A stretch of DNA of 62,174 bases from an uncultured Pirellulaceae bacterium. GTDB lineage: Bacteria; Planctomycetota; Planctomycetia; Pirellulales; Pirellulaceae. Made by a program: the position numbers and the translations under genes. The stretch spans positions 1-62,174 of the forward strand of contig CALKXO010000004.1 in the NCBI GenBank assembly GCA_938003615.1. The letters are read 5' to 3'. The notes beneath the pieces are model-generated. The model was given only the letters and a program-made list of their open reading frames with translations. It made no database searches and was not told the origin of the DNA. Below are positions 29,265-38,101 of this stretch, piece by piece. Positions within the stretch are counted from its first letter, which is position 1. Every line of letters starts with the position of its first letter.

Positions 29265-29417
29265 GGTTCTGAAGTTTCTGGATTAAAGGTGTCCACTTTG
29301 TGGGGATTTAGGGTCTCTTGCTCCAAGTCTACCCGACTGGCGGGTGTCTTGTTGTGGGTGAATCGGATAAATTCATTTACTTGAAGTTCTTCATATATCG
29401 CTTGGCCACATTCCACC

Positions 29418-31415
29418 ATGCTAACCTCTCACGACATCCTTGGCGAAGGCCAGAAAATCGCCAAGCGTCTGAAGGCGTACGAACATCGTCCGGAGCAGTT
29501 GGCGATGGCCGATGCGGTAGCCCAAGCGATTGTCAAAAAGCGACACCTCGTCGCTGAAGCGGGCACAGGAGTCGGGAAGAGTTTTGGTTATCTCGTTCCC
29601 GCCATCCTCTCTCTGGCCGCCAATCAGGAATCCAAATCGGAAACCAAGAAACGGATTGTCGTCTCGACCCACACGATCAGTCTCCAAGAGCAGTTGATTG
29701 AAAAGGACGTTCCGTTTCTCAACAGCGTAATCCCGCTGGAGTTTTCTGCAGTGCTGGCCAAGGGGCGTGGGAATTACGTCAGTCTACGGCGTCTGCGCGA
29801 TGCGGCCGTGCAGGGAAAAACGGTGTTCTCCAGCGAAGAGGAAGTCGACCAGATCCCAATGTTGAAAAAATGGGCCAAGGAGACACCCGATGGTTCGCGC
29901 AGCGACCTCCCGATCAAGGTGCTGCCGCAAGTTTGGGATGAGGTGCGCAGTGACAGCGGAAATTGTCTGGGACGCAAATGCCCTTCCTACAAAGACTGTT
30001 TTTACTTTGCAGCGCGCAACCGATTGCAGAACGCCGATATCTTAATCGTCAATCACGCACTGTTTTTCTCGGACCTGTCACTGCGGCGGCTGGGGGTAAA
30101 CATTTTGCCCGACTACCACACTGTAATTCTGGATGAAGCGCACACCGTCGTCGATGTAGCCAGCGATCATCTCGGTTTGTCAGTGACACTTGGCCAAGTC
30201 GAATACACGCTGAAGAAGCTTTACAACAGTTCGAAGAATAAGGGATTGCTGGTTGTTCACGATTTGAAAGAAGCGCAACGCATGGTGGTCAAAGCGTTTG
30301 CGGCTTCGGAGACTTTCTTCCTAGACCTGCTCAATTGGGCGTCGCGTCGTGGCGACAATAAGAATCGTCGCTCCAATAAGATTCGTGTGAGCGAGAAGGG
30401 AATCGTGCAGAACCGCTTGAGTCCGATCTTGAGTCAGATTAGTGAGACGGTGACGCACTTCGCCGAGAATCAAAAGAACCCATCGGACAAACAGAATCTA
30501 ACATCGGCTGCGGATCGGTTGACAACCATTGCAGCGTCACTGGAGAGCTGGCGGCTGCAAGGGATTGAGGGCGGCGTGTACTGGATTGAAACATCCATCA
30601 ACCGTTTTGGAAAACAGAACGTCAGCTTGATGGCGTCGCCGATTGATGTCGGGCCAGAAATTCGCGAACACTTGTTGAACAAAACCGACAGTGTGATCAT
30701 GACCAGCGCCACCATCGCAACGGGTGGCAACTCGTTTGATTTCTTCCGCAATCGCGTTGGAATGACCAAGGGCGACACGTTGGCCGTTGGCAGCCCGTTT
30801 GACTACGAGAACCAGTCGCGTTTGATCATTGTGAGCAACATTGCCAACCCGTCAGAACAGCGCGAGCTGCACGAGCGGCAGTGTATGGAAGCGATTCAGA
30901 AATACGTTAAACAAACGGACGGTCACGCGTTTGTGTTGTTTACCAGCTACGATTTTCTTCGCCGCGCCGAACGTGAACTGACGCCATGGCTATCCGAGAA
31001 CGACTTCGGGTTGTTCTCACAAGCCGGTGGTACTCCGCGCGGTCAGCTGTTGGAGCAGTTTAAGGCGACGCCTCGGAGCGTCTTGTTTGGCACTGACAGT
31101 TTCTGGCAGGGCGTCGATGTTCAGGGCGATGCGCTTCAAAATGTGATCATCACAAAATTGCCCTTTAGTGTCCCAGACCAACCTTTGTTGCAGGCGCGGT
31201 TGGAGGCGATTAAGAAAGCGGGTGGGAATCCCTTCGTGGATTATCAGATCCCTGAAGCGGTGATCAAATTCAAACAGGGATTCGGCCGATTGATTCGCAG
31301 CAAAACCGATTCAGGGATCGTGGTGGTGCTGGATCCTCGTGTTAAAACAAAACGCTACGGCAAAATCTTTCTCGATTCGCTGCCTAAGACAAAAGTGGTC
31401 GAAGAAACACTTTGA
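29418..31415 (+). CDS. DinG/YoaA family ATP-dependent DNA helicase
   Basis: Q motif RPEQ, AGTGVGKS, KGRGNY, DEAH, TSAT, LFTSY, FWQGVD and QGFGRLIR. Confidence 0.93.
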   Translation: MLTSHDILGEGQKIAKRLKAYEHRPEQLAMADAVAQAIVKKRHLVAEAGTGVGKSFGYLVPAILSLAANQESKSETKKRIVVSTHTISLQEQLIEKDVPFLNSVIPLEFSAVLAKGRGNYVSLRRLRDAAVQGKTVFSSEEEVDQIPMLKKWAKETPDGSRSDLPIKVLPQVWDEVRSDSGNCLGRKCPSYKDCFYFAARNRLQNADILIVNHALFFSDLSLRRLGVNILPDYHTVILDEAHTVVDVASDHLGLSVTLGQVEYTLKKLYNSSKNKGLLVVHDLKEAQRMVVKAFAASETFFLDLLNWASRRGDNKNRRSNKIRVSEKGIVQNRLSPILSQISETVTHFAENQKNPSDKQNLTSAADRLTTIAASLESWRLQGIEGGVYWIETSINRFGKQNVSLMASPIDVGPEIREHLLNKTDSVIMTSATIATGGNSFDFFRNRVGMTKGDTLAVGSPFDYENQSRLIIVSNIANPSEQRELHERQCMEAIQKYVKQTDGHAFVLFTSYDFLRRAERELTPWLSENDFGLFSQAGGTPRGQLLEQFKATPRSVLFGTDSFWQGVDVQGDALQNVIITKLPFSVPDQPLLQARLEAIKKAGGNPFVDYQIPEAVIKFKQGFGRLIRSKTDSGIVVVLDPRVKTKRYGKIFLDSLPKTKVVEETL

Positions 31416-31423
31416 TCGAAGTC

Positions 31424-31469
31424 GGCAGGTTGAAAATCTGCCCCACGTAGAGCAGGTTTTTAACCTGCT
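31424..31469. repeat. REP doublet overlapping a stop codon
   Basis: GGCAGGTTGAAAATCTGCCCCAC followed by GTAGAGCAGGTTTTTAACCTGCT. Confidence 0.65.
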
Positions 31470-32062
31470 GGTCGCTGGTTCTCCTTTAGCACCGTTTTGG
31501 CGTTGTAAACGGCTTGCCCTGAATCGACGAAGGTTTGCAGGACTTTGCACGCTTCCTCGGCGAGGACGTTTTCGGTCACTTCGATGCCTCGGCGGCCCAG
31601 TTCCTCTTTCCACTGCGGATGGACAGCGCCTTCGTCGAATCCGGCGATTGATTCGACCTGCTTGCTGGAAGCAGCAATCACTACCGATCTTACGCCGGAC
31701 CAAGGAATCGAGCCGTAGCACATCGCGCAAGGTTGGGCGCTGATGACCAATTGATGCTCGGGTAAGCCTTCGGCTCCAAGATCAAATGATCCGACTTTGG
31801 CCTGCGCTAACATCAGCGTAACAATTTCGGCGTGTGCTGATGATATCCCCAGCGGCATCACGCGATTGACGCCGATCAAAACGGGTTTGCCCGACTCGTT
31901 TTCGAACACGCCAGCAGCAAACGGTCCGCCCGTCTGGTACTGAACATTCAATTCCGAAAACCGAATGACGGCCCGCATACGATCCTCAACCGCTTCGATC
32001 GACGCAGGAAGGTTAGCGTTTTCACGAACCGCCCAAGGCGGTAGGTCGATGGTTACATTCAT
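31460..32062 (-). CDS. Zn-dependent nucleoside/guanine deaminase (CDA superfamily)
   Basis: GGPFAAGVF, SAHAE, PCAMC and GFDEG. Confidence 0.9.
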   Translation of the reverse strand: MNVTIDLPPWAVRENANLPASIEAVEDRMRAVIRFSELNVQYQTGGPFAAGVFENESGKPVLIGVNRVMPLGISSAHAEIVTLMLAQAKVGSFDLGAEGLPEHQLVISAQPCAMCYGSIPWSGVRSVVIAASSKQVESIAGFDEGAVHPQWKEELGRRGIEVTENVLAEEACKVLQTFVDSGQAVYNAKTVLKENQRPAG

Positions 32063-32196
32063 GGTCTGGAAATTTCAAAAAAGTGAGAATGCTCAAAATT
32101 GTTTGAGCTTCAACAGTATAACTGGAGTTAAACGTTTGCCGGGATAGCAATCCGATGTGTCCCACGATCGCCAACCTTCATCAACGGATTCTGACC

Positions 32197-33366
32197 ATGC
32201 CGCGAAAACTGCTGACCATTCTAATTGTGATTTGTGCGGCGCTGACCGGATTGCAGAGGGTTGTCGCGGATGATGGACATCCGATTGCGATTCGGCAATG
32301 GTCGGACACAGGGTTCACCATTGAAACAATGCAAAACCTGCATGTCGGCGTCGGGCTAACTGAAGCCGATGAAAAACGACTTCCGAGAGCCGTCGATTTC
32401 CAAACAGAAGATGTCGCCACCGGTGGTAATATCATCGTTCGTTGGTCGGCTCAAACATCATCAGTGACGACCCTTGGCTATGACCAGCGTGATAACAATC
32501 ATCTCGCAAATGACATTACCGTGGTCGGAGGAGCATGGGGGATGTCCGAAGCTAAACTAGTTTCGGTTGATGGAGTTCTGGTGGCCGACCTAAACGCAGT
32601 CGCTTCCGGGGAAATCGAAACGTGGCTCAAGAACCCAATTGAAGCGGAAATTGGGAAGCCGTGGTTGGTCGTGATTGCGACGGCTGCCGACTTCGACGCC
32701 GACCGTCTGAAGGAAATTCGTGACGAACTGAATCCACAAATGATGGTCGTTAATTCGTCCGTTGGCAAAATCGACGACGTTAAAGTTGAAGTCATTCCCC
32801 ACAATGCGATCGCAGTTTCATCGTCCGGAGAAAATGATCAAAACAACAACACGCGTTTCGTCTCCCTTGGCGATGAACCTTGGGCGATGACCGATGGGCT
32901 TGCTGGTCTGTTCGCAAAAAAAGAAGCGGACTGCAAGTCTTCGCGCGAGATGTTCTCAAAACTCTCAGTCGAGCAAATGAACTTCAAGCCGGGCGATGGC
33001 TCGCACACGCCGCGTTGGAATGCCGAACACATGATGGGCCGCGAGTTGCTGTTTTTCTCTCAGATTTTCCATGCAGTGGATCCGACGATTCCAGTTATCG
33101 ATCTCAACCCACGCCAGATGCCGACGGATTATACCTTCGCCCACAGCGACTGGAGCGGAGCCGAAGAAGCGGCCCAGATGATGAGAGTGGAGGCTTTCAC
33201 TCGCCGATTTGCTTATTTGCTCGACAGAATGGACTTGGACACCAAAGCCGCCGGCAGCAAATTCTGGTCGCCGCGTGGACTGCTGGAGCAAATGCAGCGC
33301 CACTACAACCAACACTCGGCCAATGTGGTCAAGAAAATGGATTTGGAGGATTGGCCCGACAAGTAA
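32197..33366 (+). CDS. Secreted protein with C-terminal DinB-like domain
   Basis: Signal peptide; LSVEQMNFKP..HTPRWNAEHM and MQRHYNQH His motifs. Confidence 0.7.
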   Translation: MPRKLLTILIVICAALTGLQRVVADDGHPIAIRQWSDTGFTIETMQNLHVGVGLTEADEKRLPRAVDFQTEDVATGGNIIVRWSAQTSSVTTLGYDQRDNNHLANDITVVGGAWGMSEAKLVSVDGVLVADLNAVASGEIETWLKNPIEAEIGKPWLVVIATAADFDADRLKEIRDELNPQMMVVNSSVGKIDDVKVEVIPHNAIAVSSSGENDQNNNTRFVSLGDEPWAMTDGLAGLFAKKEADCKSSREMFSKLSVEQMNFKPGDGSHTPRWNAEHMMGRELLFFSQIFHAVDPTIPVIDLNPRQMPTDYTFAHSDWSGAEEAAQMMRVEAFTRRFAYLLDRMDLDTKAAGSKFWSPRGLLEQMQRHYNQHSANVVKKMDLEDWPDK

Positions 33367-33498
33367 GCAGCCGATTGCCGACAAAGGGTTGGTCTTTCAA
33401 TTGTCCTGATGACAAAATGGCCTCGTTGGAACACAATGTGGCAGCCAATTCGGCTACACTGACTCATTCGCGCTTTTAATTTTGGCTTACGAACAAAA

Positions 33499-35724
33499 AT
33501 GGCATCAGAACACCGCATCATCTACACACTTACCGACGAAGCTCCTGCCTTGGCCACACGCTCGTTCCTACCCATCGTCCAAGCCTTTGCGGGCGCTTGC
33601 GACGTCGATGTGGAAACACGCGACATCTCGGTCGCCGCCAGAATCTTGGCAGCCTTCCCCGAGTGCTTGAGCGAGGATCAGAAAACGCCTGATGCACTGG
33701 CCGAACTTGGTGAACTGGCCAAGACGCCCGAAGCCAACATTATTAAACTGCCCAACATCAGTGCTTCGATCCCGCAAGCCAAAGCCGCCATCGAAGAGTT
33801 ACAGGCCAAAGGGTATGCGGTTCCCGACTTCCCCGACGATCCAAACACCGACGAAGAAAAATCCGTTCGTCAGCGGTATTCAAAAGTACTCGGCAGCGCT
33901 GTCAATCCGGTGCTGCGTGAGGGCAACTCCGATCGCCGCGCTCCCCGCGCGGTAAAACAGTACGCGCGTAAGAATCCTCACTCGATGGGCGCTTGGTCAG
34001 CCGATTCGAAAACGCACGTTGCCACCATGGGCGCCGATGATTTTTGCTCAAGCGAAAAATCGACCACCATCGAAAAAGCCGGCGCGTTAAAGATCGAGTT
34101 CGTCGCCGCTGACGGCAGCAAAACGATTCTGAAAGAATCTGTTCCAGTCTTGGCGGGTGAAGTCGTAGACGCGACGGCAATGAACTGCCAGAAGCTACAG
34201 GAGTTCCTGAGAACGCAGGTCGCCGATGCGAAAGCTCAGGACGTGCTGTTTTCATTGCACATGAAAGCCACCATGATGAAGGTCTCGGACCCCATCATTT
34301 TTGGGCATGCGGTCAAAGCGTTTTTCGCTGATGTGTTTGCCAAACATGCGACCGCTTTGGAGACTGCAGGTGCCAATGCCAACAATGGGTTGGGAAATGT
34401 TCTTGCCAGCCTCGAGTCGTTGCCGGCAGACCAACGCGCCGAAATCGAAAAAGACATTCAGGTCGCGATTGAGCAGGGCCCTGATCTGGCGATGGTCAAT
34501 TCTGACAAAGGGATTACCAACCTGCACGTGCCAAGTGACGTCATTATTGACGCATCGATGCCGGCCATGATTCGTACCTCCGGGCAAATGTGGAACGCCG
34601 ACGGCAAACAGCAAGACACCAAAGCCGTTATTCCCGACAGCAGTTACGCCAGCGTTTTCTCCGAGACGATTGCGTTTTGTAAACAGCACGGTGCGTTTGA
34701 TCCGACCACGATGGGCTCGGTTCCCAATGTGGGTTTGATGGCTCAGAAAGCCGAAGAGTACGGTTCGCACGACAAAACGTTTGAAATGTCGGCTGCCGGA
34801 TCGGTCGTGGTTACCGATGACAGCGGCGCAACAATCTTTGAACATGCTGTTGGGGCCGGTGACATCTGGAGAATGTGCCAAGTCAAAGATGCGCCGATTC
34901 GCGACTGGGTGAAACTGGCGGTCACGCGCGCTCGGGCGATGGGTGCTCCTGCCGTGTTTTGGTTGGACAAAGACCGAGCTCACGATGCGCAATTGATCAC
35001 TAAAGTGAACCAGTATCTGTCCGACCACGATACGGACGGGCTGCAAATCGAAATCCTTGCTCCCGGTGAAGCGACTAAATTCACCCTCGAGCGCGTGAAA
35101 AATGGTCAAGACACGCTGTCGGTCACTGGAAACGTGTTGCGTGATTATCTGACGGATCTGTTCCCGATTTTGGAGTTGGGCACCAGTGCTAAAATGCTTT
35201 CGATCGTGCCATTGATGAACGGCGGCGGGTTGTTTGAAACGGGGGCTGGTGGATCAGCGCCCAAACACGTTCAACAATTTGTGCAAGAGAATCACCTGCG
35301 GTGGGATTCACTGGGCGAGTTCCTAGCACTGGCCGTTTCGCTGGAGCACTACGCCGATGCGGCGGCCAATCCCAAAGCAAAAGTACTTGCCGAAGCGCTC
35401 GACGATGCGACCGAAAGATTATTGGACCAAGGGAAATCTCCATCGCGCAAAGCAGGTGAGATTGATAATCGCGGCAGCCATTTTTACCTGGCGCTTTACT
35501 GGGCTCAGGCCCTTGCAGGTCAAGATACCGACGCCGATTTGAAGACTCGGTTTGCCGCACTGGCAGAGAAGCTATCGAAGCACGAGTCTGCAATTGTGGC
35601 GGAGCTGACCGAGGTGCAGGGCAAGTCAGTTGATATTGGCGGATACTATCTGCCGACCGAAAATCAGGTTGCCGCTGCCATGCGACCAGCCCAAGTGCTT
35701 AACGACACGTTGGCCGAACTGTAG
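33499..35724 (+). CDS. icd: Monomeric NADP-dependent isocitrate dehydrogenase
   Basis: [54 protein letters not shown] and [12 protein letters not shown]; 741 aa. Confidence 0.97.
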   Translation: MASEHRIIYTLTDEAPALATRSFLPIVQAFAGACDVDVETRDISVAARILAAFPECLSEDQKTPDALAELGELAKTPEANIIKLPNISASIPQAKAAIEELQAKGYAVPDFPDDPNTDEEKSVRQRYSKVLGSAVNPVLREGNSDRRAPRAVKQYARKNPHSMGAWSADSKTHVATMGADDFCSSEKSTTIEKAGALKIEFVAADGSKTILKESVPVLAGEVVDATAMNCQKLQEFLRTQVADAKAQDVLFSLHMKATMMKVSDPIIFGHAVKAFFADVFAKHATALETAGANANNGLGNVLASLESLPADQRAEIEKDIQVAIEQGPDLAMVNSDKGITNLHVPSDVIIDASMPAMIRTSGQMWNADGKQQDTKAVIPDSSYASVFSETIAFCKQHGAFDPTTMGSVPNVGLMAQKAEEYGSHDKTFEMSAAGSVVVTDDSGATIFEHAVGAGDIWRMCQVKDAPIRDWVKLAVTRARAMGAPAVFWLDKDRAHDAQLITKVNQYLSDHDTDGLQIEILAPGEATKFTLERVKNGQDTLSVTGNVLRDYLTDLFPILELGTSAKMLSIVPLMNGGGLFETGAGGSAPKHVQQFVQENHLRWDSLGEFLALAVSLEHYADAAANPKAKVLAEALDDATERLLDQGKSPSRKAGEIDNRGSHFYLALYWAQALAGQDTDADLKTRFAALAEKLSKHESAIVAELTEVQGKSVDIGGYYLPTENQVAAAMRPAQVLNDTLAEL

Positions 35725-35787
35725 TTGTCGATCAGCTTGGGTAACATGTCGTTGCCCAGCACGTTCCAAGTTCAAGCTTGTTGAAAC

Positions 35788-36093
35788 ATGAAACAAATTC
35801 TCGCCATCATCAAACCGTACTTGGCAGAAAAAGTGATCGAAGCGATTTCTTCTGATGGAGTCGAGCAGGTAATTATTCGTGAGGTCAAGGGTTACGGTCG
35901 GCAGAAGAATTACTTGGAAAGTTACAGCGAGAACGAGTACTCGCTTGCATTTGTCCCCAAAGTCGAAATTTCCGTTTGGGTCGACGACGATCAAGTTGGC
36001 ACGGTGGTCGATAAAATAGTCAAAGTTTCCCGAACTGGCAGGCTTGGTGACGGGAAAATCATGGTTCTGCCAGCTGTCGTTCCTCTGATCTAG
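35788..36093 (+). CDS. P-II family signal transduction protein (C-terminally short)
   Basis: AIIKP, EVKGYGRQK, EY..FVPK and RTGRLGDGKI; 101 aa, no RIRTGE C-loop. Confidence 0.88.
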   Translation: MKQILAIIKPYLAEKVIEAISSDGVEQVIIREVKGYGRQKNYLESYSENEYSLAFVPKVEISVWVDDDQVGTVVDKIVKVSRTGRLGDGKIMVLPAVVPLI

Positions 36094-36288
36094 CGGTTTG
36101 TCATGTTTCAAAATACGCTAGTATTCAAGTTCAACCATGTCGAACCAAGTCGAAGTGGCCAATGTGACACAGTTGGCCGATACTAAAAGGCCCGCCGTTA
36201 GTTAAGATAGAACCGACGTAGTTCTCTTTGGTCCGCTCGTTTGGACCACCACTGTTAAGCTCAAAAGTTATCTGCTGGAATCAGGTCA

Positions 36289-37290
36289 ATGAACCAATCA
36301 ATGTTCAAATCGTTTGCTCGCATCTTGTTTTTTATACTCTCCATGGTTGCCATGGCCAGCACAGCTGCGGAAGCCCAAGACAAGGTAAGTTTTGAGCATC
36401 AGATCAAACCCTTTCTGAAAAAATATTGCTTTGAGTGCCACCAAGGGGAAGACGCTGATTCGTTCCGAATGGACAACGACGAAATGTTGGACTACGTCTT
36501 TGCTGGCGACCCTGAAACCAGCGAACTGTACTCGCACATGATGCTCAGCGAGGACGATGACATGCTGATGCCACCGATCGATTACACACCGCGTCCCAGT
36601 GGCCCGGAAATCATGCTGGTCAAAACATGGATTCAGCAAGGCGCCAATACGAGTGACGAGGACAGCAATGCGGCAGCGCCTCCAGTTGCCGCTGCCGAAG
36701 TCTCCAATTTCGAGAAACACATTTACAACGCCATTGGATCGCTGCATACGGCTGCGATTCACTTGCCGATCGGGCTTCTACTGGCAGCCGGATTGTTCGG
36801 ATTGCTGGCGCTGCGAGGCAACTTTGTCATGAGTGACTGTGCATACTATTGTTTGTGGCTCGGGACATGGGGCGCGATCTTTGCATGCGTGTCTGGCTGG
36901 TGGTATAGCCCGATGGAGCATCGCGGCACGGTCGTCGAGTTCGCCGATCTTTTTGACCAAACGCATAAAGTGTTCTGGCATCGTACCGGCGGTTTGATTG
37001 TGACCATTGTTGCGTTTTTGGTCTGTATGATCGCCAAGCGCACACGCGACGCTGATCCTGATGAAGGCACGTTTTGGAAATTGGGTGCAATTGTCGTCGC
37101 CGCTGCTATCGGATGGGTCGGCCATGATGGTGGAGAGCTGACGTATGGTAAAAAACACTACAAAGACCTCAACGCCATCATCGAAATGGTGGTTGATCCA
37201 GACAAAGGGGGACAGCCGGCGGCGGAACCGGACGTTGGTGAAAGTTCGTCGGTAACCGACGAGAACGATGGCCCTACAACTGATTTCTAA
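36289..37290 (+). CDS. Planctomycete-type c cytochrome fused to a His-containing 4-TM (DUF2231-like) domain
   Basis: CFECH heme motif, MLMPP, WIQQGA; LHTAAIHLPIG and GWVGHDGGELTYG. Confidence 0.8.
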   Translation: MNQSMFKSFARILFFILSMVAMASTAAEAQDKVSFEHQIKPFLKKYCFECHQGEDADSFRMDNDEMLDYVFAGDPETSELYSHMMLSEDDDMLMPPIDYTPRPSGPEIMLVKTWIQQGANTSDEDSNAAAPPVAAAEVSNFEKHIYNAIGSLHTAAIHLPIGLLLAAGLFGLLALRGNFVMSDCAYYCLWLGTWGAIFACVSGWWYSPMEHRGTVVEFADLFDQTHKVFWHRTGGLIVTIVAFLVCMIAKRTRDADPDEGTFWKLGAIVVAAAIGWVGHDGGELTYGKKHYKDLNAIIEMVVDPDKGGQPAAEPDVGESSSVTDENDGPTTDF

Positions 37291-37314
37291 GACACTCATG
37301 GGTGCAGATTGGCA

Positions 37315-37965
37315 ATGGAAGAACTTCCCAGCCAAAAACAAATCATTGCCGATCTTAAGTCTGGCCGCGAGGAAGCGCTGGCGAAGTATTTTTCAATGCT
37401 TCGTTCACGTTTGGAGAAAGTGGTTCGGTTTCGGCTGGACTATCGCTTGAAGGGGCGTGTTAGCGAGTCAGATATTCTTCAGGAGACTTATGTGCGCGCC
37501 GCGCAGCGACTGGAGAGTTTTCTTCAGAAGCCATCGATGCCATTATTTGTATGGCTTCGCTTAGAGACGCAGCAACATTTGTTGGATGTCTATCGTAAAC
37601 ACTTCGAAGCATCGAAGCGTGACGTCCGCAAAGAGATCTCGTTTACACGCCCGACTCACGGTAACGCGGGTGAGACGTCGATGGCGCTGGCGGCGCATCT
37701 CGTGGCACAGATGACTTCCGTCAGCCAGTTGATCGAGAAATCTGCCAAGATCGCGGCACTGGAAGACACGCTGAACGAAATGTCGGAACTGGACCGGGAA
37801 GTGATCGCATTGCGTCATTTTGAGGAGCTTTCCAACATTGAGACCGCAGAGGTGCTGGGGATCGAGCCATCGGCGGCTAGCAAACGCTATTTGCGGGCGT
37901 TAAAGCGGCTGAGAGAGATATTGGAACTGATGCCAGACTTTCAAAGTCCGGAAAGCCAACTTTAA
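37315..37965 (+). CDS. ECF sigma factor (Planctomycete kinase-associated type)
   Basis: RLDYRLKGRVSESDILQE, WLR and LRHFEELSNIETAEVLGIEPSAASKRYLRALKRL. Confidence 0.9.
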   Translation: MEELPSQKQIIADLKSGREEALAKYFSMLRSRLEKVVRFRLDYRLKGRVSESDILQETYVRAAQRLESFLQKPSMPLFVWLRLETQQHLLDVYRKHFEASKRDVRKEISFTRPTHGNAGETSMALAAHLVAQMTSVSQLIEKSAKIAALEDTLNEMSELDREVIALRHFEELSNIETAEVLGIEPSAASKRYLRALKRLREILELMPDFQSPESQL

Positions 37966-38101
37966 GCGTGCTATAGTTGAGGTTGTTGAATTAACGCGTT
38001 TGCGGTTCGGTTAACGCCTTTGCGGTTCAGGTTTGTAATAAAAAGCCAAGCGTTTTGCTTCAACAGACGCCCCGACTCTCGAAGTACAACAAGTTTCGAT
38101 C

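Noticed and set aside
34252-35109. Long antisense ORFs (e.g. 285 aa opposite icd, 231 aa opposite nadA)
   Set aside because: Shadow frames of well-supported genes, expected from codon bias.
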